DNA of 64,000 nt from Octopus sinensis. Taxonomy: Eukaryota. Made by a program: the position numbers and the translations under genes. The DNA is taken from the NCBI RefSeq assembly GCF_006345805.1, contig NC_042997.1, forward strand, positions 140,120,001-140,184,000, written 5' to 3'. Under the pieces are notes generated by a model. The model saw nothing but the letters and a program-made list of their open reading frames with translations, searched no databases and was not told where the DNA came from. This document shows, in pieces, positions 38,057 to 50,530 of this stretch. The first letter of the stretch is position 1; the number at the start of each line of letters is the position of its first letter.

Positions 38057-39820
38057 ATATAAATGTGAGAGTATGTGGTTATGTATGTGTGTTTAGCACC
38101 AAAAAGGCTCAGAAACAGTGTATCTGCAAGAAAAACAAATTTGATTTTCAAAATCTGCATCCCAAAGACAATGTCATCTGTATATAATAAAAAAAAAAAA
38201 ATTTGCTTCAAGAAAGAACTCAACTTTTAGATTGACAACTCTCCTACTCTCTAACTGTCTCCATGAATCTTTCTCTATTATTTATCACACACTTTATTAC
38301 TCTCTCTCTCTATATATATATATGTATTATCTGCCATGCATTGCTTTCATTTTGTTTAAAACTTTGTCTTCCAATGTTTACTTACATTTTATCACAACTA
38401 TTACACACAAACCCTGTTTTCCGATTGGGTAAAAATGATCAAATTTTAAACCTTTGTTTATTACATTTTTTTCTGGAATAAATGAATCACACACTTGGAT
38501 TCAGTGTGAAAAAGTACATCAATATACCAAATTTGAAAATTTTCAAAATCTGTGGCAGTAACAGAAAAAATGTCTATCTCTTTCATTTTTCACTTTTCTC
38601 ATGGTAAACTGTCAGAAGGATTTAAACGATAATTTATTTCAGTTGCATGCTTTTCTGTAAGTAAATATGTTTTTCTTACACACACACACACACACACTCG
38701 CTTGGTGGTAGAAGATTAAAAATTTAAATTACAAAATATTTTTTGTTGCTTAAATCCCATCAGCCAGATCATCATTTCATAAAATGAGGAGAAATACATG
38801 TCAGTAACAAAGAAACTAGGAAGGTATCAAGTGGTCATTGGATATGCAAGAAACAACAGCTAGGTCTCCCTCAAATTACATACCTTTTCATCTGAAAATT
38901 ATTTTGAAATTTCAAACAGAAATAAATTGCAGATTTGAGCTGTTTGTATTTGAAAACTAAGATTTAGAAAAATAAAAAATTTTAGCATTTTTGCACATGG
39001 GGATGGAGTTTATGGAAAACTTAAAAAAGATTTCACTATTGTTTTTAGATTACATTTCATTTTCTAAGAAACACACAAAAGCCGTTCAATTCACTTCAAC
39101 ATTCAAGTTTAATTTGTCAAAATATTTTCATCGCTTTAAGACCGCGACCTGTTCACTGACAAAGCACAGATTTTTGTCAGTGAACAGGTCACGGTCTTAA
39201 AGCGACGAAAATATTTTGACAAATTAAACTTGAATGTTGAAGTGAATCGAACGGCTTTTGTGTGTTTCTTAAATGGCTTACAAACACCTTCCACGCTGCA
39301 ATTGTTTTCATTTCAGCACACGATCTCAGATCAAATCACTTGCTATGCAAGTACATCTCTGTAATTTCATTTACTGTTTGAAAATAAAGGAAGTGGGGAT
39401 TGTAATGGTGCTTGCCGATTTCCAAATTTCTTTTTTTTAACCTTCAAGGTTTCTGCTATCCTTTTTAAATACATAGTACAAGAAAAAAAAAACAAAAAAA
39501 AAACAAAGCAAAAGGCTAAAATCGGTACTGGGTGGGGGAGGGATTTGAAAAAATTCATAAACTTTTCAAAATTAAAAATTTTTTTTACTGAAAAGGTGCC
39601 TCCCATTATTTATAATGGCATAGTACAAAAGAAAGATTGGATAAAATCGGTCCAGAGGTGGTGGGGGATTCATAAATTCTCAAAGTCTTTCATCATTTGC
39701 AAGGGTGTGGTGGGAAAAAAAGTTGAAAAATGGAGAGAATCCAACTTATGTGGGTGTGCTATTCCAAAAGTCTGCCAAGGTATTCCATTGTGAAAATTAC
39801 CTGGCAACGACGGGATAATA
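38057..39820 (+). mobile_element. Non-autonomous Helitron (long family), copy 2
   Basis: Collinear with 19500-22100; 3' hairpin remnant CCTGGCAACGACGGG. Confidence 0.7.
39066..39361. mobile_element. Palindromic MITE, right terminus present
   Basis: 98-bp near-perfect arms (39066-39163 / 39173-39270) and terminus TCACTTGCTATGCAAGTACATCTCTG|TA. Confidence 0.8.
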
Positions 39821-40538
39821 ATCTGATATATATATATATATATATATATCATCATCATCATCATCATCATCGTTTAATGTCCGTTTTCTGCGCTAGCATG
39901 GGTTGGACGGTTCGACCGGGGTCTAGGAAGCCAGGGGCTGCACCAGGCTCCAGTCTGATCTGGCAGTGTTTCTACAGCTGGATGCCCTATATATATATAT
40001 ATATATATCTATAAATATATACGTATATATATATATATAAGGATCAAAATCATGTTAATGATTTTTATCAAATAGTCAGCATGCTATAAAAATTTATAGA
40101 CAATTAAAACATTAAATTAATAATAATGTACAATTATTTGGACTTATATGTGTATGGTGTTGATGAAGGAAGAAAGCTTATATTTTGCTTTAATCCAGAA
40201 ATTGGAATCAGTTCACAATTAACATGAGGTCTTTTTAATTTTCTCTCACTAGCCAGCTTTCAGCCATGTGTATATCTAGCTGGAGGTTTTGGTAGTTTTT
40301 TTAAGGTATCAGCACTTCAAGCATGCTGGAAACAAGTTCTTTTCACCCTGTCTCCTTTGATATAATTTTATAATTATATTCATGTGTACATTATTATCAA
40401 ATTAATGTATTAATTGCCTATAAATTTTGATAGCATGCTGACTACTTGATAAAAATCATTAATGTGATTTTTATCCTTATATCCCTTCATGAATTAATAA
40501 ATATATATATGTATACATATATATGTGTGTGTGTGTGT

Positions 40539-40574
<36 letters not shown>

Positions 40575-40594
40575 TATATATGAAATTTATATTT

Positions 40595-40871
40595 ATATAT
40601 AGATGAAATGTCGTGAGCAGCTTTTGCTGTCTTAGAACCTTGATTAAAAGCAAAAAGAAGGAGGTGTTGAAAATGCTCGTTTTTCTTAACTTGACGTTCC
40701 ATTTTAATGATCTGAGAATAAACAAAAATTAACTAAAATTAACTAGAAAAAAACAAAATAGATTCCAAAATGATTCAAAAATAGAATTCTTGAAAAAATA
40801 GATTCCAAAATTTAAAAACGCAATAAATTCCAAAGTCTAAAAAAATTGTGGGAACTTAGTTGCCAACCCAA
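40595..40871 (-). mobile_element. Mariner 5' fragment (mellifera-like TIR)
   Basis: TA|TTGGGTTGGCAACTAAGTT TIR and MERQVKKNEHFQHLLLFAFNQGSKTAKAAHDI N-terminus; truncated at a microsatellite. Confidence 0.75.
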
Positions 40872-41039
40872 TAGATGAACGAACCGACAACCTCCAAGTA
40901 ACTTACCCTTTACAAAAATTTTAGGTGGGTTACAAACAGCACCACATGCAGGTTGATACATTACAACTGTTTTTTTTCAAGTTGATGGTCAAGCCAAAAT
41001 CACACAAGCCGAGTCAAATGCAGATACAAGAGATTGCAG

Positions 41040-42240
41040 ACCTGTTTCAGAATGACTGACAAGATCGCAATTATCAGCATACAAAAGTTCCTTAATGAGT
41101 GAAGTAAAAAACCTTCATTTTGAATTTCAGTGTAGTCAGATTGAAAACATTCTCTGTTGTTCGATATTTTATGTAAATACCCTCCTCAGAGTTTTGAAAA
41201 GCATGTGACAACACAACAGCAAAGTATATTGCAAAGAGGGTGGGTGCATCAAGGTCTCCTTGCTTTACTCCATTTTCCATGGCAAAAGATTCAGAGAGCC
41301 TACCACCAAAGTTAACTCTAGCTTTCATATCTTGATGCAAAGCCCTGATCATGTTTACAAATTTTTCTGGGCAACCTATTTTCCTTAGAATTAGCCACAG
41401 AGCATTTCAATTAACAGTATCGAATGTTTTGCTCAAATCAACAAAGCAATGGTATAGAGCAAGATTATGTTCAATGCACTTTTCTTCTAATTGTCTGACA
41501 GTAAAGATACAATCAGCTGTGCCCTTGGAGGAACGAAAACCACACTGAGACTTAGACACTATATTTGGAACTTAGACATTTGGTATTTAGACATTCTAAC
41601 AAAATGTGGGCAAGTACCTTTCCAACCACAGGCAAAAACGAAATCCCACGAAAATTACCACACAGATCCTTTGGCCCTGATTTATACAAGGAGACTAAAA
41701 TAGCATCAACCTAGTCTTGAGGCACTTTCTCAGTTCTCCAACAGTGACAAATTAATATATTTAAGTTTAAACATTTTGTCACCCCCATATTTCAAGACTT
41801 CTGCACAGATTCCATTGGACCCTGGAAACTTATTGTTATTCAGCTTATTCACAGCTAAATAAATGTCATTTAGAGTTGGTTCAAATGCTATATTTCTTCT
41901 ATAACTGGAAGGTGTTCGATTTTTTCTATCATCCTCATGTAAGCAGATGATTGTCTATCCAAAAGTGCAGGAAAATGCTCCACCCAGCACTTATGAATAG
42001 AAGCGGTGCCAGTCAGAAGCAAATGTCTATTTGCTGATCTCACTGGAGCTATGGAAGAAGATTTTGGGCCATATACCTTCTTAACATAAAAGGACAAACC
42101 CGTGGCATCATTTTTATCAGCTGCTTCTTGTGTCCCTTTTGCTCTATCATTCCACCATTCCTGTTTAAGTTTTCTTAGAGCAGTCTGCACTTCCCTTTTC
42201 AGCTTTCTTTAAGCTTAGTTTGAATTGGGGTTCAAAGACT
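41040..42240 (-). pseudogene. RTE-BovB-like LINE fragment
   Basis: LRKLKQEWW..RA...QEAADKND...VKKVYGPK and IRALHQDMKARV...SESFAMENGVKQGDLDAPTLFAIYF RT motifs. Confidence 0.85.
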
Positions 42241-42611
42241 GAGAAAGAAGTGTAATGCCTAAGTTTTGTTTTTCTAATATTGATTAGTAAAGAATATCAT
42301 GAAATGTCGGAGTCAGCAGTTGTAATGATAAAAATTTGGCTATGGTGGATCGAATCCACTTCATGCTTGCAAGATCCACTACATGTATGCTTGTTAATAC
42401 TTCCAATCAGTTAAGATGAGAAACCATGAGAGGCACTGAATGCATGCATGCATGCATGCATGCATGTATGTATGTATGTATGTATGTATGTATGTATGTA
42501 TGTATGTATGTATGTATGTATGTATGTATGTATATACATATACGTATATAATATATATATAGACACACACACCAATATCTATCTATCTATCTATCTATCT
42601 ATCTAACTATG

Positions 42612-42757
42612 TATTTTATTAATAAAGCTGCAAAAACAGGAAAAGATCCCCAAAACATCACAAAAATTGTTACTCAGAGTTTCATGTCCCCCTTCGATGG
42701 ACGTGTAACTCTGAGTAACAGTTTTTGTGATGATTTTGCAGCTTTATTAATAAAGCA
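42612..42757. repeat. Short foldback
   Basis: CATCACAAAAATTGTTACTCAGAGTTTCATGTCC pairs with GGACGTGTAACTCTGAGTAACAGTTTTTGTGATG; outer arms TTATTAATAAAGCTGC. Confidence 0.8.
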
Positions 42758-43096
42758 TAATACTCTACCTCTGCTATTCGAGTACTATTTTTTTCCACCT
42801 TGTTACACATTTACGTGCTTACTCTGGGGTTTCTAAATACATACACACGTGCGAGCACATACAAACACGCACACATATGTGTATATATATATTTGTATAT
42901 TATATATGTATACACACACTTGCGTACGCTTACATTGAATGCACCATAGATACTCTCAAACATACACATGCATTCATACGTGCATGCTTGTATTGCGCGT
43001 GCGCCCCTCCCCACAAAAGTAGATTGTGAAAGTAAGAATGCATAGAAAGATTAAAGATTTCCGAATTATGTTTTTCACAGGACAGCGTATAAATTA

Positions 43097-43495
43097 CTAG
43101 TAGTATCGCCCGGCGTTGCTCGGGTTTGTAAGGGAAAACATATATAAGCATTTTTAGAGAGTTATAGCAAAAAAATAGTAAAAAATGCATTAAAAATGGA
43201 ATAAAAAATTATGGTAATTTTTTTTTTAATCGTTGACTCATCGTAGACATTTTTAGAGAGTTATTTCCCTTATATAATAGCGAAAAAATGTATTAAAATG
43301 GAAAAAATGATGGTAAATTTTTTTTTAAATTGTAGACTCATCGTAGACGCGCGCTAATACCCAGAAGGGCTCGATATGAATCACGACTATAAGATACCCG
43401 GTTTTGGTTAAACTGCACCGCAAAATGTGGGAGTAGTTAGGAATCTAAATCGTAGGAGACAGACACTCACACAACTTCACTTTTATATATAAAGA
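43097..43495 (-). mobile_element. Non-autonomous Helitron (short family), complete
   Basis: Minus strand A|TCTTTATATATAAAAGTG ... hairpin CCCGAGCAACGCCGGG ... CTAG|T. Confidence 0.85.
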
Positions 43496-43496
43496 T

Positions 43497-44569
43497 TTTT
43501 TGCAACAACTAAAACATTCGGTTGTGCAAATTGTTTGCACAGGAAACCTGCCCTGTGTGGCGGTTTTTGCCGTTTTTGTGGATCTGTTTCAGCTTTTTTT
43601 AGCGATTTCTGTTTTGGCGACTTCAAGCCATGAAGTCGTTGTTCTAAAAGAACGCTGGTCTCCTTGACAACGCTTTACGATGTTGATTTCCCTACCCTGC
43701 CTTCCCCACAGCTTCACGAGGGAGGGAAGAAGGGAAGGAGCTACACAGGTGCAGGTGCGAGCATGAACGCCAACGCCGCCACCGACACACGAAAAAATTG
43801 GAAGATCCCAGACCACCACCATCATGAAGACCACCACGACCACCACCATCATCCCCACGACCACCACCACCATCATCACCACCTCCACCACCACCAACAA
43901 CACAACAACACCACCACCACAAACACGACGACCACGACGACCACCATGACCACCATCACCACTACCAGCACCACCGCCACCACCGCTGCCACTACCACCG
44001 CCTCCACCACCACCATACTATGCCTCTGCTCTCTCCTTTTGGCTACTAAATCCATTACCATATTTCACAAGTACCATCGCCATACAATATTGCCTTCAAA
44101 AGTTTGTGTTTGGATAATATTTTTTTAAGTAAAAGTTGTGCAACAACGATAACATTCGGTTGTGCAAATTATTTGCACGGGAAACCTTCCCTGTGTGGCG
44201 TGTTCCCCGATTTTGTAGAATTTGCTTTCGGGCTTTCTTAGACGTTTCTGTTTTGGTGTCTTCAAGCCATGAAGTCGTTGTTCTAAAAGAACGCTGGTCT
44301 TCTTGACAACGCTTTACGACGTTGATTTCCTTACACTCCCTTCCCCACAGCCTTTAAAAAATATGCGTTAAAATGGAAAAAAATTATGGTAAATTATTTT
44401 TTAAATCGTAGACTCATCGTAGACGCGCGCTAATACCCAGACGGGCTCGATATGAATCACGACTATAAGATACCCGAATTTGGTTAAACTGCACCTTAAA
44501 ATATGGGAGTAGTTAGGAATCTAAATCGTAGGAGACAGACACTCACACAACTTCACTTTTATATATAGA
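43497..44569 (-). mobile_element. Second Helitron 5' end and duplicated internal modules, with no 3' end of its own
   Basis: A|TCTATATATAAAAGTG at 44569; 44355-44569 repeats 43290-43495; 44135-44350 repeats 43500-43710. Confidence 0.75.
43810..44015. repeat. (CAC/ACC)n trinucleotide microsatellite
   Basis: Directly visible; source of the poly-His and poly-Thr ORF. Confidence 0.9.
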
Positions 44570-45389
44570 TAAGCGGAATATTATTATGTGCATCCTGTAT
44601 GAGTACGTGTGATTGTAATTTATAAGCTTTCAAGTTCACACGCTCATTAAGTTTATTTATCTATTTTGTCCACTAATTTTCTCTAATAAACTCTTTCAAC
44701 TGAAAACCTGTTTAGCGTGGGCTTACTTATACCTACAGGGGGACGACCACACTTCTTTCACTTGGCTGACAACCAAGCGCTGGATCAACACATTCTACGA
44801 TTCCCTTCTATATCTATGCCAGTTTCTCTCTCTCTCTCACTCAATTTATGCCAATTATTTATGATATACTAATGATAGTCAGTCATATATTTGTCATATA
44901 TATAAGTTATTTACGCAAGTAAATGATATTATCTAACACCATAATTCAACCATATTCTAGTTGTTCTTATACGTATCTTTTATATTGTTGTAATATTTTC
45001 TTTTGAAATTCAACAATATCCAAATTCTGATCGATAAGAAAAAACAACAACAACAAAGATTAGATCATTGCTCTTTGTAAACTAAACAACTTTAATTCGA
45101 ATTTATCTTGGTGAGTGAAAGAGATATCTAGAATGGTACGGAATCAGTCAGAAGTGCCATTGGGCGATAAGAAATTTGAAAGAGGTTTCGTGACGAATGG
45201 CAGTCAAAGAAAAACCCGACACAGCACGCAGTCAGCTCTTGTCGCGATGTCAGCATCTGTTTGGACTGGAGGATCCACCGCATATGACGCTTTTGGCCGA
45301 AACCGCGATGACACTATTTTAACTCTTGATGGATTCAAGTCTGGTATGTGTATGTTTTACAAAAAATTTTCATTATTTCCATTTATTGT

Positions 45390-45620
45390 TGTTGTTATTT
45401 AACCTCAGATCAACCCCGACTGAGCGGGCCTTTGGTCAAAAACATTCTTGCCGTGAACACCACGCAAAAACGGGGAATCCAGGAACGCATTATCTAATGT
45501 GTACTTTTCACAGACCAATAGGTTATTTAATAAAGATTTGACTGCTATTTCTACCAGGTCCAGCGATTGCACTGAGGCTCCCTCGTAGGCTCCTTCCCAT
45601 TTGTTTGCATGTGGAATGGT
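45390..45620 (-). mobile_element. SINE family E (GACCTG.TAGAAATAGCAG.CAAATCT ... (AAC)n tail)
   Basis: Related fragments at 3660-3850, 15868-15960, 16200-16370, 48000-48130 and 48640-48720. Confidence 0.65.
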
Positions 45621-46462
45621 CCACATTTTGCCTTAATATCCCGCGAAGGCAATCAGTAGAGTTTGGCAATGATTTTAAACTCAATGTTTTCTTTGATTGG
45701 TATGCTGGATTGAGATGTCAATAAAACATCCTACAGAACTCGACGTATTTAACTTCATGACTGTTCAGACTTTTTGTGACCAGAACTTAGAGTTTAAATT
45801 TTCATGTTCAGTGGAGACAATGTTGTTATTGATGTTACCCGAGTATTTTGAAGACGACATCGTTTGTAGTGAGTAAAAGTTTGAACGTTAATGTTTTCAG
45901 GCAACAACCTACTTACTGTACATTGAAGAATGCGCTAAATGTGCTACGGACAAAATTAGTTTCTTAAAAATAATATGTATGTATGCATGTATTCTATTTG
46001 TTTCAGTCATTAGACTGCGGCCACGCAGTGGCAGCCTTTAAGAATTTCAATTGAATATTTTTGAAGATTGGTACTTTTTCCATCACTCTTTTTTGTCAAA
46101 CCGCTAAGTTAGGTGGACATAAACACACCAATACCGGTTGTCAAGCGGTGGTGGGAGACAAACGCCGACAGAAAGACACAAACACATACATACATACATA
46201 CATACATACATACATACATACATACATACATACATACATACATACATTTGATAAGTGCTAACGCACGAAACTCTCGGCTCTTGAGTCACTGTTTCTTGTA
46301 ATATATATAGGCCTGGCTGTGTGGTAAGAAGCTTACTTCCCAACCACATGGTTCCGGGTTCAGTTCCACTCTGTGGCATCTTGGGCAAATGTCTTCTACT
46401 ATAGCCTCAGGTCGACCAAAACCTTGTGAGTGGATTTGGTTGACGGCGGAGACTGAAAGAAG

Positions 46463-46594
<132 letters not shown>

Positions 46595-46903
46595 GTTTCT
46601 GTATTCCATTATTGTTTTTTGTTTTTTTTATATCTGTCCTTTTGCTGTCCTGGTGTTCGTATGCATTCGATCCTTCTTCCAGGAAATCTACGCTTCCAGC
46701 TTAGTTTTTCTAATGCTCGTTGCTTAGTTTTTCTTGGAGGGCTGGCCGTGATCTAGTAATCTCAAGATTAATCAGCCGAAATTACTACGATGATCCGGTT
46801 CTTGACTGAAGACTGAGGGTTTCGAATGTCTTGTCCATGTTTATTGTACCGTCTTCTAAGAGTTATACGTTCTTGTCCATGTTGTATTTTTCTACATACC
46901 TTA

Positions 46904-46929
<26 letters not shown>

Positions 46930-46936
<7 letters not shown>

Positions 46937-47242
46937 CGACCCCGAAAGGATGAAAGGCAAAGTTGACCTCGGTAGAATTTGAACTCAGAACATAATGATA
47001 GACGAAATGCCTATTTCTTTACTACCCACAAGGGGCTAAACACAGAGAGGACATACAAGGACTGACAAACGGATTAAGTCGATTATATCGATCCCAGTGC
47101 GTAACTGGTACTTATTTAATCGACCCCGAAAGGATAAAAGGCAAAGTTGACATCGGCGGAATTTGAACTCAGAACGTAGCGGCAGACGAAATACCACAAA
47201 GCATTTCGCCCGGTGTGCTAACGTTTCTGCTAGCTCGCCGCC
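46930..47242 (-). mobile_element. SINE-B full unit plus a 5'-truncated second unit
   Basis: CpG-retaining; junction AAGAAATAGGCATTTCGTC. Confidence 0.85.
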
Positions 47243-47654
47243 AATCCCATGGTCATTTATGACCGAAGGGAGTCTTTACCCTTACTTTTATGCCCCCCCC
47301 GCCAAGACGGACTTCTTTCAGTTTCCGTTTAACAAATCCACTCAAGATGCTTTTGTCGGCTCGAGGCTATAGAAGAAGACACCTGTCGAAAGTACCATAC
47401 TGTAGGACTGAACCTGGAACCATGTCATTTGGAAGCAAATTTGTTACAACATAACCACATAAACAACTATTAATATTGTTTCAAAGTAAGAATGAGCACA
47501 CTCATTGCATTTTAAGACAGAGATGCAGTAACGTAGCGTAGGTTGCCAACACTCGGGGTTGAGCAAGTACTGCCCTCCTAAACCGTGGATTCATTTAGAC
47601 AAAACATAACTAATTTTTCTTCAACTGTTTCCCTAATGCTTGAATGCTATATAC

Positions 47655-47925
47655 CAGTGCTTCTCAAACTATTTGATGTGGTGTACCGGTAGTTTATTTT
47701 TCCAATGTGTCAGGGACCCATTATAGTTTTTAATAATATTAATTTATACCGGAAACAATATATATAATTAATTTAATAAAAGTTGACTTTTTTATCGTAT
47801 GTCTATTTTGTAAACAAATAATACCATATGACATAAGCATTTTATAATGTTTCTTTTCTGGAAACTCGCCGCGTACTTGCAGCTGATGGCTCGCCGACCG
47901 GCACCGATTCACGGACCACCAGTTG
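47655..47925. mobile_element. hAT (Charlie-like) MITE, right end disrupted
   Basis: CAGTGCTTCTCAAACT start; ACGGACCACCAGTTG end, truncated. Confidence 0.55.
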
Positions 47926-48498
47926 GAAAGACTTCCACTCACCCCCCATTTTCTCCCAAATTTACTGACCCGGGGGATAAACAACAAAAACAACGAACAG
48001 AAGTATGAGACCTCTAGGTAGTCGTTCAGCCTGCCAGATTTAATAAAACCCTACCGTTTTTAAACAAAGCAGGATATATTGGATAAAATAGCCCAAGGTA
48101 TTCTGTCTAAAAATTAGATTTGATGGTCATGAGTCGATTAATCTTAAATAAAAAGTGTGGGAACGTTGTCTATAGCAGTGCTACTCAAAGTGGTGGGCAA
48201 GACCCCACCCCAGCCACCCTTAAAATTTTTTTGACCCTCTTCCTTTCGGCTACAGGGAATACGAATCTGCAAATAAATTGGCAAAAATCGACATTTCTAA
48301 ATTACCACGCCCACCTCCATTTCCTTCATTTTAAACTTTTTTCACAATCTTTTTTTTCCAAAATATGCAGAAAAATACGGAGATTATGATTCTGAAAAAA
48401 ATTCCCAAAATCTTTGTAAATTTTTTTTTTAATAATTAAAAAATTACAAAAATAAACAAATTTGGGAGAAAATGGGTGGGGACGGGCGGAAGACTTTC
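47926..48498. mobile_element. Element with ~38-bp terminal inverted repeats
   Basis: GGAAAGACTTCC...CCATTTTCTCCCAAATTT versus AAATTTGGGAGAAAATGGG...GGAAGACTTTCC. Confidence 0.55.
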
Positions 48499-49041
48499 CC
48501 TAATATTCTAATATATCATCCTATATATTGGATGGGAGTTGTAATATAAAAAATATATAAGACATTTAACCAAAGACGCTCCAACCGACAATTCTGTTTT
48601 TAGAGGCATGTAGGGCTTCATTATCTGTCATTTCATATTTTTTTTAGATCAGAAAGAATAATTTGAGGGAGATCTGACTGTTATTTCTAATAGGTCGTGC
48701 GACCACATAAAGGCTCGTTAAAACAATTGTATGTGTTAATGGGTTAGACAAAGATTTATACGGGAAGCATGTTACCATCGGCCCCTACAGCTGCGAGGTC
48801 TAAATCGTAACAATTAACGGTATTTAAAACGATCAGTTTGCATTTAATACCAATTTCTTAGTTTTTGTAGTTAAGAAAACATTAAACAACTTTCGAAAAT
48901 TTAATGAGTCTGTGAAGAATTATAAGGGGATATTTAAGATGTAATTCATTTTTATCGACGTGCTTTCCGAAATCCGCCGAAACTACACCTGATTATATAT
49001 ACACTTTAGATGAGTTGTAGTGCACCTGAGCACTGTACACA

Positions 49042-49125
<84 letters not shown>

Positions 49126-49534
49126 CGTAAATTTCAACTCATGAATAACAGCAGAGGTACGTTTAATAGGAGCTGAACCACTGATAAAGTTTTTGTTGTC
49201 GTTGGTATTTTATGGGGACAGGGAAGGTGCTTGACTATTTCATCGCATCAGCCTCGCAATCACCTGCAGGATTGCTGTGTGTGTCTGAGGGGTTGCCTTA
49301 AAAATTTCTTCGTCGTGGAACACTTGTATCCCCTGATGTGGTGTGTAATCGAAGGAGTGTGTAAGCTTATTATTTTATTTTATTTACCTACATTCTTTCG
49401 TTTCTAGACACACTTTTTACTGCTGTAAACTTAATTCGTGTAAATTATGTTTTTTTTTTAGCAGATTTATAGTTAATTACTGGAAAAAAATTATAAATGC
49501 AAGCAACTTCAAATGTAAAAACAAAAATGATTTT

Positions 49535-50530
49535 GGTTAAGTACTACTACCAAAACAAACAAACAAACAAACAAAAAACAAGTGTATTAGGTGTAAAAAA
49601 AATGTGTATTAAACGAATATGTAAAAAAAAGTTGCGCCGACAAATCGGGTGCGGTGGGTGGAGAGAGGACTTTCGGAAAATTCGGAAGATCCGATTTTTC
49701 CCCTCATAACTTTTAGGAAAATGGATATCTTTTGATGAAATTTTATAGAAATACCTTTCAAACAGCATAGATTATAATTGTAAAGAAATTTGTGGGGAAA
49801 TTTTTTCCCGAGGACGTGAGGAGAGGACTTTCGAAGAGAAATTCATAAATTATTTTTTGGCTTGAGTGTAATGGAAAAAAAGTTCGAAAAAATTATTTTA
49901 GATTCATTTATTTTTCGTTTGAGTAATAGAAAAAGGGTTTTAAAAAAGATCCCATGTAGCATAATATTTTTTCATTACTCAAATGTGTTTACGGGGAGAA
50001 AATATTAAGCAAACAAGGAAGGTATCAGATGGTCGTGAGCTGTGCTAAAAACAACAGCTAAATAGCCCTTAACATTTTTTCCCGCAGTGAAACCATATTC
50101 AACACTGTACTTATAAATTTGTTTCTCTCACCATGGTACATGAGATCTTTTTAAAAACCTTTTTCTATTACTCAAACGAAAAACAAATGAATCAAAAAAT
50201 TTTTTTTCAAACTTTTTCCCATTACACTCAAGCAACTAAATAATTTATGAATTTCTTTATCTTCGAAAGTCCTCTCCCCACACCCTCTCGAAAAAATTTC
50301 CCCGCAAATTTCTTTATAATCGTAATCTATGCCGTTTGAAAAGTATTTATGTATAATTTCATTAAAAGATATCCATTTTCCTAAATGTTATAAGGGAAAA
50401 AATTGGATCGTGTGAACTTTCCGAAAGTCCTCTTTCTACCCACCCCGGTTCGGTGGCGCAAATTTTTTATACCTATTACACCTTTTTTTTTTTTTTTTTT
50501 GCTAGCCGGGTGTTAAAGTAGTAATTAACC
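49535..50530. mobile_element. Foldback DNA transposon derivative with ~400 bp TIRs
   Basis: GGTTAA.TACTAC / GTAGTA.TTAACC termini; arms 49535-49955 and 50135-50530; repeated GAGAGGACTTTCG motif; possible 8-bp TSD ATGATTTT/GTGATTTG (6 of 8 match). Confidence 0.7.

Noticed and set aside
43664-44128. 154-aa His/Thr-rich ORF
   Set aside because: Translation of a (CAC)n microsatellite joined to Helitron sequence; no splice or homology support.
45405-45626. 73-aa minus-strand ORF
   Set aside because: Coincides with a SINE-E copy.
46760-46850. Additional hammerhead-like words (also 34560-34600 and 35530-35575)
   Set aside because: Core or stems are incomplete; all three helices cannot be formed.
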